Part shown: positions 9,850 through 19,528 of the stretch, one piece after another
Layout: each line of letters begins with the position of its first letter
Numbering within the stretch: the first letter of the stretch is position 1
From: Promethearchaeota archaeon
Lineage (GTDB): Archaea > Asgardarchaeota > Lokiarchaeia > Sigyniarchaeales > SOKP01
Length of the DNA stretch: 64,000 nt
Direction of reading: 5' to 3'
Assembly (NCBI GenBank): GCA_048938025.1
Contig: JBHLMP010000009.1
Coordinates: forward strand, 17,130-81,129
Made by a program: the position numbers and the translations under genes
Notes under the pieces: generated by a model
What the model was told of the DNA's origin: nothing
The model's database searches: none
What the model saw: the letters and a program-made list of their open reading frames with translations, nothing else

Positions 9850-11628
9850 ATGAGTAATGAAATTAACGAATATTGGATGAAATTATGGCCCAAAGAAACA
9901 CCTCGCCATGTTGACTATGATAAAATATCCTTAGGAGAGATGTTAAGAAACACTGCTGAAACTTACCCTGAAAGTAAAGCAATATATTTTGAAGGTTTTA
10001 GAATGACATATAAAGAATTAGATAAAGCAGTAGATCAATTTGCTACAGCTCTTGCAAGGATGGGAATTAAAAAGGGTGATGTTGTTCTTATAGATTTACC
10101 TAATGTCCCCCAATTTGTAATAGCATACTATGGTATAGTTCGAATTGGTGCAATAGCAAATCCCATTATTCCTTTAAATAGATTTACCGAAATTGTGCAT
10201 CAAACAAATGATTCTAAAGGAAAAATGCTTATAATTTTAGATGTTCTTTATGAAGAACATTTGCATAAAAATGATTTGACTAAAATGCCCACTTTGAAAG
10301 ATATTATACTGACTGGAATTGCCGAATATCTACCCCCAATGAAAGCTAAATTAGGAACTGCTTTAGGAAAGGTACCGAGAATGAAGAAATGGCCAAAAAA
10401 AGTAGGAGATGTGAATTTTCATGAATTTCAAGATTTTTTGTCAAGAGGATTTCCAATCGATTTACCTGATGTAAAAATTGACCCGATTAATGATGTTTCA
10501 ACTTTAATATACACGGGTGGTACTACAGGGCTTCCAAAAGGGTGTATGATGTCACATTTTAATTTTGTGGTAAATGCGCAACAGGGTAGTACTTTTGTGC
10601 GAACTCAATTACCAAAAGTAGAAGAAACTTTAGGTAAAGGGGGAATGTTTGTGGTTTTGCCTTTAGCACATGAATTCGCATTATCAATAGCTATGAATAT
10701 TGGAGTATATCATAGTTATAATCTTATATTATTCCCACAACCTCCTGCCAAGCTTTCAAAAATATTAAAAATGATTAAAAAGGAAAATGTAACTTTTGGC
10801 CCTGGAGTGCCAACTTTATGGAATAAGATTAGCCAAGACCCCGATTCTATTAAATATAAAGGGAAACTTGATTCTCTTATTGCATGCTTAAGTGGGGCTT
10901 CTGCTCTTCCTTTAGAAGTGAAACAAGAATTTGAGGATATTACTGGTGCATTAATCGTAGAAGGTTTTGGAATGAGTGAGACCAGTCCAATATTAACAGT
11001 CACCCCATTCCATAAATATAAAGAAAATACAGTAGGTTTCCCAGTGTCAGATACATTGATAAAAATTGTTGATCCTGAAGATGGTACTAAAATCTTACCC
11101 CAATGCCCCAATGAATCCTGCGAAGATTGTGGTACAAATGAAGCACAATACATTGGTGAGATTTGCGGATGTGGACCCCAGGTATTTCTAGGGTATTTAA
11201 ATAGACCAGATGCTACTGAATATGCATTGAGAAAAGATTCAAAAGGAAGAACCTGGTATTATACTACAGATATTGGTTGTATAGACCGTGATGGATATCT
11301 ACATATTAAGGACCGTAAAAGAGATATGATTAAATATAAGGCACATAGTGTATTTCCAAGAGAAGTAGAAGATTTGATGTATCTTCATGAAGCTATTAAT
11401 GAAGTTGGCGTTGTTGGGGTTCCAGATCCAGAAGTGGGAGAAAATATTAAAGCTTATGTATCCCTCAAACCAGAATATCAAGGTAAGATATCAGAAGGTG
11501 ATCTAAGAGAATGGTGTAAAGCAAATATTTCGGCATTTAAATATCCTAGAATTATTGAGATTATCCCAGAATTGCCTAAGTCTGTAGTAGGTAAAATATT
11601 ACGGCGTGAATTAAGAACTAAAGAATAA
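9850..11628 (+). CDS. Long-chain fatty-acid--CoA ligase (AMP-binding)
   Basis: YTGGTTGLPKG, GFGMSE, TDIG..DRKRD, PKSVVGKILRR. Confidence 0.93.
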   Translation: MSNEINEYWMKLWPKETPRHVDYDKISLGEMLRNTAETYPESKAIYFEGFRMTYKELDKAVDQFATALARMGIKKGDVVLIDLPNVPQFVIAYYGIVRIGAIANPIIPLNRFTEIVHQTNDSKGKMLIILDVLYEEHLHKNDLTKMPTLKDIILTGIAEYLPPMKAKLGTALGKVPRMKKWPKKVGDVNFHEFQDFLSRGFPIDLPDVKIDPINDVSTLIYTGGTTGLPKGCMMSHFNFVVNAQQGSTFVRTQLPKVEETLGKGGMFVVLPLAHEFALSIAMNIGVYHSYNLILFPQPPAKLSKILKMIKKENVTFGPGVPTLWNKISQDPDSIKYKGKLDSLIACLSGASALPLEVKQEFEDITGALIVEGFGMSETSPILTVTPFHKYKENTVGFPVSDTLIKIVDPEDGTKILPQCPNESCEDCGTNEAQYIGEICGCGPQVFLGYLNRPDATEYALRKDSKGRTWYYTTDIGCIDRDGYLHIKDRKRDMIKYKAHSVFPREVEDLMYLHEAINEVGVVGVPDPEVGENIKAYVSLKPEYQGKISEGDLREWCKANISAFKYPRIIEIIPELPKSVVGKILRRELRTKE

Positions 11629-11665
11629 TTAAAAAACATTTTTTTTTTATAATATCAAATTTCAC

Positions 11666-12706
11666 TTAAGATGATTTTACAAATTCATTTGAATTTTTAA
11701 GATAAATTTCTGCTTCTTTTACCATATTTTCAATAATATCTTTTACATTATCGAGACTATTGATTATCCCACAACTTTGACCTAACGGAACGGCGCCATT
11801 TTCTATATCTCCATAATATACAATTTCATAATTCTTTTGATCATCAAGAAAGTCTTGGATTGACATTGCACTCTCCTTCGCAATTTTCTCGTTTTTAGTT
11901 TTAACAGAATCATGATGAGCAGTATATTTATTCTTCCATAACCTTATCGGAGCTATGAATCCTGTTACAACTGTGGTATCTTGAGGTTTTGATGGGGATA
12001 CAATCTGTTTGTAATTTTCATGAAATTCACTATCATTTGAGGCAATAAATCTAGTTCCCATGGCGATTGCTCCCGCTCCCATTGCTAATGCTCCAGCAAG
12101 CCCTACACCAGTTGCAAAACCTCCACATAAAATTATGGGAATGTCAGGGAATGTTTGTTTTACCTGTTGAATCAAAACTAATGTTGATGTTTTCTCATAA
12201 GATTGATGTCCTCCACCCTCAAAACCGGTAACTACAAGTCCATCGACTCCTGCATCTACACACTTTCTAGCTAGCCAATATGCTGGAGCTACATGGTAAT
12301 TTTTAATTTCAGACACTTTTTTTAGTTTCTGATAATTGTTACTTTTTTGTAACATACGAGCGGAACCAGCAGAAGTTATTGCATACCTCACTTGTTCTCT
12401 TAATTTTGGTTTGCTCATAATGAACTTGGGTATTTCTCTGCAAAGCTTTAAGGCATCCATCTGCAACCTTGCTGTTCTAATATTGAAACCAAATGGTTTG
12501 TCTGTATGCTCAATAACATATTCCATATTTTTCTTCATTTCCTCAGTACTACTTTTACCGAATAAATTAGTGTGACTTAAAACTCCCATTCCTCCAGCTT
12601 CAGATACTGCTACTGTTAATTCCGTGGTATAAAAAGGTCCCATTGGTGCTGCAACAATTGGATGCTTAATTCCTAACATTTTGGTTACGTTTGTCTCTAA
12701 TACCAA
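11666..12706 (-). CDS. Nitronate monooxygenase / FabK-like FMN-dependent enoyl-thioester reductase
   Basis: LGIKHPIVAAPM, VSEAGGMG, GFEGGGH, ILCGG, GAIAMGTRF, GQSCG. Confidence 0.88.
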   Translation of the reverse strand: MVLETNVTKMLGIKHPIVAAPMGPFYTTELTVAVSEAGGMGVLSHTNLFGKSSTEEMKKNMEYVIEHTDKPFGFNIRTARLQMDALKLCREIPKFIMSKPKLREQVRYAITSAGSARMLQKSNNYQKLKKVSEIKNYHVAPAYWLARKCVDAGVDGLVVTGFEGGGHQSYEKTSTLVLIQQVKQTFPDIPIILCGGFATGVGLAGALAMGAGAIAMGTRFIASNDSEFHENYKQIVSPSKPQDTTVVTGFIAPIRLWKNKYTAHHDSVKTKNEKIAKESAMSIQDFLDDQKNYEIVYYGDIENGAVPLGQSCGIINSLDNVKDIIENMVKEAEIYLKNSNEFVKSS

Positions 12707-12866
12707 TTTTTTTCACTTTTGTTAAAACTGTTAATTATAATAATATTATAGAATTAAATAATGTAAGATTTAAACTTTTAACGATTTGCTCGTTAAAAAT
12801 AAAAAGGGAAAAGAATATATATTGAAAACATCAAAAAGCATAAAATAATATAAAATGTGAAAAAAT

Positions 12867-14108
12867 GTGAAGAAAGTTGCAATTATAGGGATAGGGATTA
12901 CTCCTTTTAAAGCGAGATATTTAGACAAAACCTACTTTGAATTGGCTTATGATGCAACGAAACTTGCACTAAATGATGCAAATAATAATGGAGCAGAAAT
13001 AACTCATAAGGATCTGCAATCCACAGTATATGGAATTTATAATGAATTATTTGAACGTCAATTTATGCCAGATATTTTTATAAATTCATACATAGGTATG
13101 AATAATAAACCAGGCACACGTATAGCAACAGGAGGGGCAACAGGAGGATATACTGTAAGGATGGCATATGCAGAAGTAGCTTCTGGCTTATCTGACTTAT
13201 GTCTATGTATAGGAGTCGAAAAATGTAACGATTGCTATGACGAACAAACAGGTACAACTACGCCAGAGGTATTGAACGCTATTGCATATTCTGCTGATAT
13301 GACTTATGAATATCCTATGGGAATGCTGGCTGCCAGTTCTTATGTCTCGATGGTAAATGCACATTATGAGGAATTTGGGAATCCAACAGAAGAGCAAATG
13401 GCTTTGGTATCTGTTAAAAATCATGGAAATGCTATAAATAACCCAAAAGCACAATCTCCAATGAAAATAACAGTTGAAGATGTAATGAACTCAAGAATAA
13501 TATGCTATCCATTTAAAATGTTAGATTGTTGTTTATATTCAGAAGCATCAGCAGCTTTAATTCTCGCAAATGAAGATAAAGTAAAGGATCTAAAAATTGA
13601 GAACCCAATCTGGATTACTGGTGTGGCAGCAACAAATACTGATTGCTTTATAGGAAACAGAGAAGATATGGGACGTCTCTATTCTAATATTTATGCTGCA
13701 AAAGCAGCTTATAAAATGGCAGGATTAGATTATAACAAAATTAAGACACAAATTGATTTAGCGGAACTTCATGATGCTTTTAGTGGACAAGAGGTTATCA
13801 GCTATGAGGAGCTTGGGTTTGTTCCATTTGGGGAAGGAGGCAATTGGATAGAAACAGGTGGTCCTTTTATCGATGGTGAATTACCATGTTGTCCTAGCGG
13901 TGGATTGATTGGATGTGGTCATGCTGTGGGCGCTACAGGAATTATGTCCACAGGGGAAGCAGCTCTTCAGCTTCGAGAGGATGCTGGGAAGCATCAAGTA
14001 AAATCAATTGAAAATGGTAGAGCTATTGCTCATTCAATCGGAGGACCTGGAGCAGCATATGCAGCGGTTATAGTAATGTCAAATGAGGAGGGGTTGAGAA
14101 AGGCGTGA
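12867..14108 (+). CDS. Thiolase-fold protein (SCP-x type) lacking the nucleophilic Cys
   Basis: KVAIIGIG, KNHGNAINNPKA, ELHDAF, SGGLIGCGHAVGATG; the Cys loop reads TGGATGG. Confidence 0.88.
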   Translation: MKKVAIIGIGITPFKARYLDKTYFELAYDATKLALNDANNNGAEITHKDLQSTVYGIYNELFERQFMPDIFINSYIGMNNKPGTRIATGGATGGYTVRMAYAEVASGLSDLCLCIGVEKCNDCYDEQTGTTTPEVLNAIAYSADMTYEYPMGMLAASSYVSMVNAHYEEFGNPTEEQMALVSVKNHGNAINNPKAQSPMKITVEDVMNSRIICYPFKMLDCCLYSEASAALILANEDKVKDLKIENPIWITGVAATNTDCFIGNREDMGRLYSNIYAAKAAYKMAGLDYNKIKTQIDLAELHDAFSGQEVISYEELGFVPFGEGGNWIETGGPFIDGELPCCPSGGLIGCGHAVGATGIMSTGEAALQLREDAGKHQVKSIENGRAIAHSIGGPGAAYAAVIVMSNEEGLRKA

Positions 14109-14599
14109 GTGAAGAATTTCAAGATCATCAAGTAAGAGATATAATAAAAATCAATTACAAATATACGATGGGAGGACAATCTAAATTTTTTCTTGAAGTT
14201 ATGAATAACAAGAAATTATTAGGTACTAAATGTACCAAATGTGGGAAAACTTGGATGCCTCCAAGAATTAATTGCTCTGATTGTTTTGTTCCTGCTGAAT
14301 GGGTGGAATTGAACCAAACAGGAACCATCCAAGTCAGCACCATAGTTTGGTATACCACTTCTGCTTTCATTAAAGCAATCCCATATGGTATAGGGTTTAT
14401 AAAATTAGATGGCGCAGAAACCGCATTACTTCAAGGAATTTTTTCAGAAAATTTAGTCCCTTCTAAGATTAAGAGAGGAAGAAGAGTTAGAGCAGTTTTT
14501 AACAAAGTAAGAGAAGGGAAAATGACAGATTTTTTCTTTGTTCCAGAAGATGAATATGAAAACTGGATAAATAAACCTGAATATGAAGGAGGGAACTAA
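14105..14599 (+). CDS. DUF35 Zn-ribbon/OB-fold thiolase partner protein
   Basis: CTKC...PPR..CSDC followed by OB fold; GTGA overlap with the thiolase stop. Confidence 0.9.
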   Translation: MSEEFQDHQVRDIIKINYKYTMGGQSKFFLEVMNNKKLLGTKCTKCGKTWMPPRINCSDCFVPAEWVELNQTGTIQVSTIVWYTTSAFIKAIPYGIGFIKLDGAETALLQGIFSENLVPSKIKRGRRVRAVFNKVREGKMTDFFFVPEDEYENWINKPEYEGGN

Positions 14600-14601
14600 A
14601 A

Positions 14602-14973
14602 ATGGGTATAGCAAGAGATAATTTAACAAAAATTATTGAAAACATAAACCACAATGAAAAAGCTCAAGTTGTTTTTGTAACTAATATTGCTGGGAAGGAT
14701 GTTGATTGGGAAATGTCATTTCAATTCAACCTTGATAATGAAGACCCTTTTTATGTAGATATTAAAAACCGCAAAGCAATTTTGTTAGAAGGGACCAAAT
14801 CAGATTCAGTTATAGTTATGTCTGGAGATCCTAATTCAATTGTTAAAATCTGCAACGGCAAGGGTGATTTCACTCACGCAATCAGTCGTGAAGAGATTAC
14901 TGTAGAAAAAGGTAGGGTTATGGATGTTATTAGACTAACAAGAGCAATAACAATCGTTTTAAAAACAAAATAA
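14602..14973 (+). CDS. SCP2 sterol/lipid-binding domain protein
   Basis: 123 aa; FQFNL...FYVDIK...EG...G.F..AI....I.V..G pattern; third gene of the thiolase operon with GGAGG SD. Confidence 0.68.
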   Translation: MGIARDNLTKIIENINHNEKAQVVFVTNIAGKDVDWEMSFQFNLDNEDPFYVDIKNRKAILLEGTKSDSVIVMSGDPNSIVKICNGKGDFTHAISREEITVEKGRVMDVIRLTRAITIVLKTK

Positions 14974-15014
14974 TTACTTTTTTACAATTTTTTTTATTAT
15001 TTTTATTAATAGAA

Positions 15015-15401
15015 TTAAATATTTGAAAAATCTTCCATAAACCAATTGAATACAGGGGGAATATTTTCAATGATTCTATATTTAATTTTTTTATGTAAAA
15101 TTACAATAAAAATCTCATCTTGTTTTCGCACAAATTGATAATATTCATTATTGGAGATCTCTTTTAATTTATTTTTATCAGTGGTATCAATATGGAAAAG
15201 TAAATAATCATTTATATCTGCATATTCTGGACCCCAAGAGTATTCAATTTCTTTTTGTAAAAAAGAAAGAAAAGTATTAAGAGTTTGGTCTAGTGCGATC
15301 CACCCATATAAGTAAATATCTTGATCTTCATAAACTACGATGAAATTACCGGTAACTTCTGGAAAGCGTACATTTTCTTCAATCTTTTTAAAATTATCCA
15401 T
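15015..15401 (-). CDS. Hypothetical protein (128 aa)
   Basis: Real start likely ATG at 15401 (MDNFKK); the upstream part of the listed ORF is antisense to the threonine aldolase gene. Confidence 0.55.
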   Translation of the reverse strand: MDNFKKIEENVRFPEVTGNFIVVYEDQDIYLYGWIALDQTLNTFLSFLQKEIEYSWGPEYADINDYLLFHIDTTDKNKLKEISNNEYYQFVRKQDEIFIVILHKKIKYRIIENIPPVFNWFMEDFSNI

Positions 15402-15486
15402 ATTAAAAACTTCAATGAAAAATACTGTTAATAATTTTTTATTTAAATGATTCATTATAAAAACACAAAATATTATACTTAAGATT

Positions 15487-16542
15487 TTGATTAAATTGAA
15501 AATTGTTGATCTCCGTTCCGATACGGTAACAAAGCCATCTCCTGAAATGTGGGAAGTAGTTAAATCATTAGATAATACTAAGATAGGTGATGATGTTGAA
15601 AAAGAAGATCCAACTGTTAATGAATTAGAAGATAAAGCAGCAAAGATAGTGGGAAAAGAGGCAGCATTATTTGTCACTTCAGGAACACAAGGAAACCTTG
15701 TCTCTTTATTATCCCAAACCACACCTGGAGATGAGATAATGGTTGAGGAACTTAGTCATATTTATGGTCATGAAGTAGGAAGTGCTGCTCGAATCGGAGG
15801 ATTAATGATTTGTACCTATCCTTCAAATAAAGGTATCCCAAACTTAGATGACCTTCAGAACATGATTCGAGATAAGGAAGATATTCATGAACCTCCAACA
15901 ACTCTTTTTTGTGCTGAAAATACTCATAATTTTCATGGAGGTATTATAATCAAACCTGAAGATCTTAATAAAATGAAAAAATTTGCAGGAAAAAACAATT
16001 TAAGATTTCATCTTGATGGTGCAAGAATATTTAATGCTTCGATAGCCCTCAACCGACCTGCTTCAGATTTCACTCAATATGTTGATAGCGTTATGTTTTG
16101 TCTATCCAAAGGCCTTTCCTGCCCAGTTGGTTCTATTGTTGCTGGTTCATACGATTTTATTGAAAGAGCGAGAAGATATAGAAAAATGTTAGGAGGAGGG
16201 ATGAGGCAAGCAGGAGTTATTGCTTGTTTTGGGTTAGTGGCACTCGAACCGAAATGGATAAAAAGATTAGAGGAAGATCATAAGAATGCTAAATTGCTTG
16301 CTGAAGGTCTTAAGAATCTAGAATTATCAATTAAAGTTCAACAACCAGAAACTAATATTTTCTGGGTAGATTTTCCACTTAATATACCAATGGATAAACT
16401 AATGACTAATTTATCTGAAAATGGGATTAAAACCTTCAATTTTAACCATAGAATACGTTTCGTTACTCATTATGGACTAAATGAAGATGATATTCAATAT
16501 AGCATAGGAATAATTGAAAAAATTTTACTTAGTTTGTTCTAA
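15487..16542 (+). CDS. ltaE: Low-specificity L-threonine aldolase (PLP)
   Basis: DLRSDTVTKP, GDD..EDPTV, SGTQGN, ENTHN, HLDGARIFNA, CLSKGL, GGGMRQAG. Confidence 0.93.
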   Translation: MIKLKIVDLRSDTVTKPSPEMWEVVKSLDNTKIGDDVEKEDPTVNELEDKAAKIVGKEAALFVTSGTQGNLVSLLSQTTPGDEIMVEELSHIYGHEVGSAARIGGLMICTYPSNKGIPNLDDLQNMIRDKEDIHEPPTTLFCAENTHNFHGGIIIKPEDLNKMKKFAGKNNLRFHLDGARIFNASIALNRPASDFTQYVDSVMFCLSKGLSCPVGSIVAGSYDFIERARRYRKMLGGGMRQAGVIACFGLVALEPKWIKRLEEDHKNAKLLAEGLKNLELSIKVQQPETNIFWVDFPLNIPMDKLMTNLSENGIKTFNFNHRIRFVTHYGLNEDDIQYSIGIIEKILLSLF

Positions 16543-16581
16543 AATAAAAAAATAGAATAAATAATTAAATAAAAATAATAA

Positions 16582-17112
16582 TTACTCTTTGCTGATATCT
16601 AAATCCTTTGCGTCATCTTCTACTAAATCATAGTATTCTATGTCATTTAATCCGCCAGTGATATTTTCTGCCCAATGAACTTTAACTGGCATTCCAATAT
16701 AAGTATCTTTTAAATCCACTTCAGGATTTAACTCACCCATCTCTGTTGTATCAGCTCCATCTTGGCGGATCAATACCATTGGCTTTTCCCGAATTTCACC
16801 TGTTTCTGGATCTTTTAGATAAGCTATTGCATATGTAGAAACTTCACCTGTTTCTCGTAAATCAACCCATTGATCTGGTTTTATCATACATTTTCCACAC
16901 ACATATCTAGGAGGGAAAAAAACTCTATTACATCCTGGACATTTCAAACCAATCAATTTCTTCTCTTTTAATTTTTCTAAAAAAGGTTGAAAATGAGTAA
17001 TATTAAATTTAAAATTATAACTGGTCAAATACCAATTACTTGGCATTGTTCTAGTCCTTTTATAGTCTCTTTTAACGTAGTCCAAAGATTTCCTTTGAGT
17101 TAATTTTGACAG
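16582..17112 (-). CDS. DUF35 Zn-ribbon/OB-fold protein
   Basis: CPGC..FPPR..CGKC, IGMPV; in-frame CTG at 17112 follows a GGAGGTGA SD (listed TTG start at 17085). Confidence 0.88.
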   Translation of the reverse strand: MSKLTQRKSLDYVKRDYKRTRTMPSNWYLTSYNFKFNITHFQPFLEKLKEKKLIGLKCPGCNRVFFPPRYVCGKCMIKPDQWVDLRETGEVSTYAIAYLKDPETGEIREKPMVLIRQDGADTTEMGELNPEVDLKDTYIGMPVKVHWAENITGGLNDIEYYDLVEDDAKDLDISKE

Positions 17113-17118
17113 CTTAAT

Positions 17119-18366
17119 TCACCTCCATTTTCTCTGGGGTTCATCTGACATCACCATCATTGTACATAAATTAAGTATTCCGCCCCACCCATGCCCGATA
17201 GCAGTATGAACCGTTTTAGGTACTTGATTACTGGCTTTTCCCATTATCTGTAAGGCAGCAACAGCAGGTCTCTCTAATGCAGATGCTCCAATTGCATTAG
17301 TAGAATTAACACCTCCTGAACAGCATATTGGCAATTCACCATTTAACGCAGTTACTCCATTTTCGTACATCTGTGGAGCTGTAGTTTCTTCAAATAAACC
17401 CAATTTTTCAACCCACATGAGTTCCTGATTAGGGAATGGAGCATAAACTTCAGCATAATCTATTTCTTTTCGAGGAAAGGAGATCCCTGCCTGATTATAA
17501 GCCAATTCAGATGATTTCATTGCCCCTAATTGTTCTGAGGGATCTATTTGTCCTGATCCACTACAGTCATATCCAAGAACAGCTGTCTCATGAGCAATAC
17601 TAGCCACACCATTTACATAAACGGGAATATCACACACATCTTTAGCTTTTTCTTCTGTTGTAAATAAAACCGCACAAGCACCATCACTTGCAGGACAAAC
17701 CATCCCATATCTTAAGGGATAGGATATATAGGGCGTGTCCAAAACTTCTTCAATGGTAACATTTGGCATTTTTAAATGAGCCCACCAAGTTTTTGCAGCA
17801 TTACGTCTATTTTGTACCACCACTCTAGCCAAATCTTCTTCAGTTATCTTTGATTTACTCATATAATTAGTTGCTTGATATGAGGCTACACCAATAGCTG
17901 CACCTGCTGATAAAATACGTGTTAATCGTTCATAATCAATTCCTAGAGTATTGTAAATAGTAATTTCCCCATAGGCTACACTAGCTAAACCAGTAGCAGT
18001 GTTACCCTGGCTTTGTTGTTCAAAGCCAACGGCAAGTACTGTATCAATTCCGGGTAATCCTGCTGCAACAGTATAATAACCGGCAATTGCAACAGTACCT
18101 CCTGTGGTACCCCCAGTTGTAACTCGCATTAATGGTTTATTTCTCGCTCCCATCCAATCGGTCATCCATAATTCCGGAATATTTGACCCTTCAAAGGCAG
18201 GCATATTTCCATTTACATAAGCATCAATATCTTCAAAACTTACGCTTGGAACTTTCTTTAAGCAATCTTCTATTGCTTCACTCACTAATTCAGGCATACT
18301 AACATCAGATCGTTTTGACGCATGTTCACTAAATCCTGCTGAAACTATTGCCACTTGCCTTCCCAT
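17119..18366 (-). CDS. Ltp3-like thiolase-fold protein (putative aldolase subunit)
   Basis: RVTTGGTTGG (no Cys), AEVYAPF replacing HDAF, GGVNSTNAIGASA replacing GHP, GHGWGG; start at MGRQVAIV. Confidence 0.82.
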   Translation of the reverse strand: MGRQVAIVSAGFSEHASKRSDVSMPELVSEAIEDCLKKVPSVSFEDIDAYVNGNMPAFEGSNIPELWMTDWMGARNKPLMRVTTGGTTGGTVAIAGYYTVAAGLPGIDTVLAVGFEQQSQGNTATGLASVAYGEITIYNTLGIDYERLTRILSAGAAIGVASYQATNYMSKSKITEEDLARVVVQNRRNAAKTWWAHLKMPNVTIEEVLDTPYISYPLRYGMVCPASDGACAVLFTTEEKAKDVCDIPVYVNGVASIAHETAVLGYDCSGSGQIDPSEQLGAMKSSELAYNQAGISFPRKEIDYAEVYAPFPNQELMWVEKLGLFEETTAPQMYENGVTALNGELPICCSGGVNSTNAIGASALERPAVAALQIMGKASNQVPKTVHTAIGHGWGGILNLCTMMVMSDEPQRKWR

Positions 18367-18367
18367 T

Positions 18368-19510
18368 TTAATTACTCCCCTCCAATACATACACGATATT
18401 ATTTTGAGCACACATACCTATTTGACCAGAGGCTACAGCTTTTTTTGCCCCTTTAACTTGATATTGATTCCCTTCTCCTTTTAATTGTTTAGCAGCTTCG
18501 ATTATTCTTATTAATCCTGTTGCACATGGTGGATTCCCTCCTATTGCTCCTCCAGAAGGATTTATTGGTAATTCGCCATTTATATTTGAATCAATATTTA
18601 AACCTTTACCTTTTTCAGCAAACCCCAACGCCTCAGTAAATATTAGTTCTTCATGAGCATAAGCCTCAAATAATTCAGCGATATCTATTTCGTCTCGTGG
18701 ATTTTTAATTCTAGCCGATTTAAATGCCATTTTGCCAGCTAATTCCATTGATTTACTTGTTGATAAATCTCTATCACCAAGATAATAACCTTCTTGACTA
18801 TAGCCTACACCCGTGATCCAGACAGGATTTTCTGTTATTTTTAAAGCTTGTTTCTCAGGTGCTAATAATAAAGCAGCAACTCCATCACAAGGTTGAGCAA
18901 CCATTAATTCTGTTACTGGATCAGCATAAATTTCTGACTCTAACACATCTTTAACGGTAAGGTTTGGATTTTGAGATTCTGCTAAGGATAATGGATTTTT
19001 AGCGGCATTTTTCCTATTTTTTACAGCGATTTTAGCAATATCTTCAGCACTAATGCCATACTTCTCCATATATGCTCGCATTTGAAATCCAGCAGCAGTA
19101 ATATCATTAACATAAGCAACGGGTCTTTCCCAAGTTGGATCTGTTTCATATAATCGAGCAGAGTGATATGGAAAGCATGAAGCCATACTTCCACCCCAAA
19201 CAACTGCTAGTTTATGATTACCAGATAATATCCTCATTAATCCATACAAAACAGCATGAGCACCATCCATTTCTACTTTACTCTCATCGCTCATATATCC
19301 TCCACCAACTTCAACAGTAAAGCAATTTGATATCGTGCGTCCTTCATAATAATCATTAGTGCAAGAGATAACAGTTGTAATATCCTTTTTCTTTAAACCA
19401 ACCATGTCAAGTGCACCTCTAACAGCTTCAAAAATCATTTCATACCGACCATAATTAGCATCTGAATACAATTTTACTTGATTATATCCTACAATACCTA
19501 CTTTTTGCAT
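18368..19510 (-). CDS. Ltp4-like thiolase-fold protein (putative aldolase subunit)
   Basis: DYYEGR, ESKVEMDGAHA (no Cys), AELFEAYAHEE, NPSGGAIGGNPPCATGLIR. Confidence 0.82.
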   Translation of the reverse strand: MQKVGIVGYNQVKLYSDANYGRYEMIFEAVRGALDMVGLKKKDITTVISCTNDYYEGRTISNCFTVEVGGGYMSDESKVEMDGAHAVLYGLMRILSGNHKLAVVWGGSMASCFPYHSARLYETDPTWERPVAYVNDITAAGFQMRAYMEKYGISAEDIAKIAVKNRKNAAKNPLSLAESQNPNLTVKDVLESEIYADPVTELMVAQPCDGVAALLLAPEKQALKITENPVWITGVGYSQEGYYLGDRDLSTSKSMELAGKMAFKSARIKNPRDEIDIAELFEAYAHEELIFTEALGFAEKGKGLNIDSNINGELPINPSGGAIGGNPPCATGLIRIIEAAKQLKGEGNQYQVKGAKKAVASGQIGMCAQNNIVYVLEGSN

Positions 19511-19528
19511 GGTTCTTTTTACCTCCCA

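Noticed and set aside
15402-15722. N-terminal 107 aa of the listed ORF 15015-15722
   Set aside because: Mostly antisense to ltaE, the rest spanning the AT-rich divergent intergenic gap; the true start is more likely 15401.
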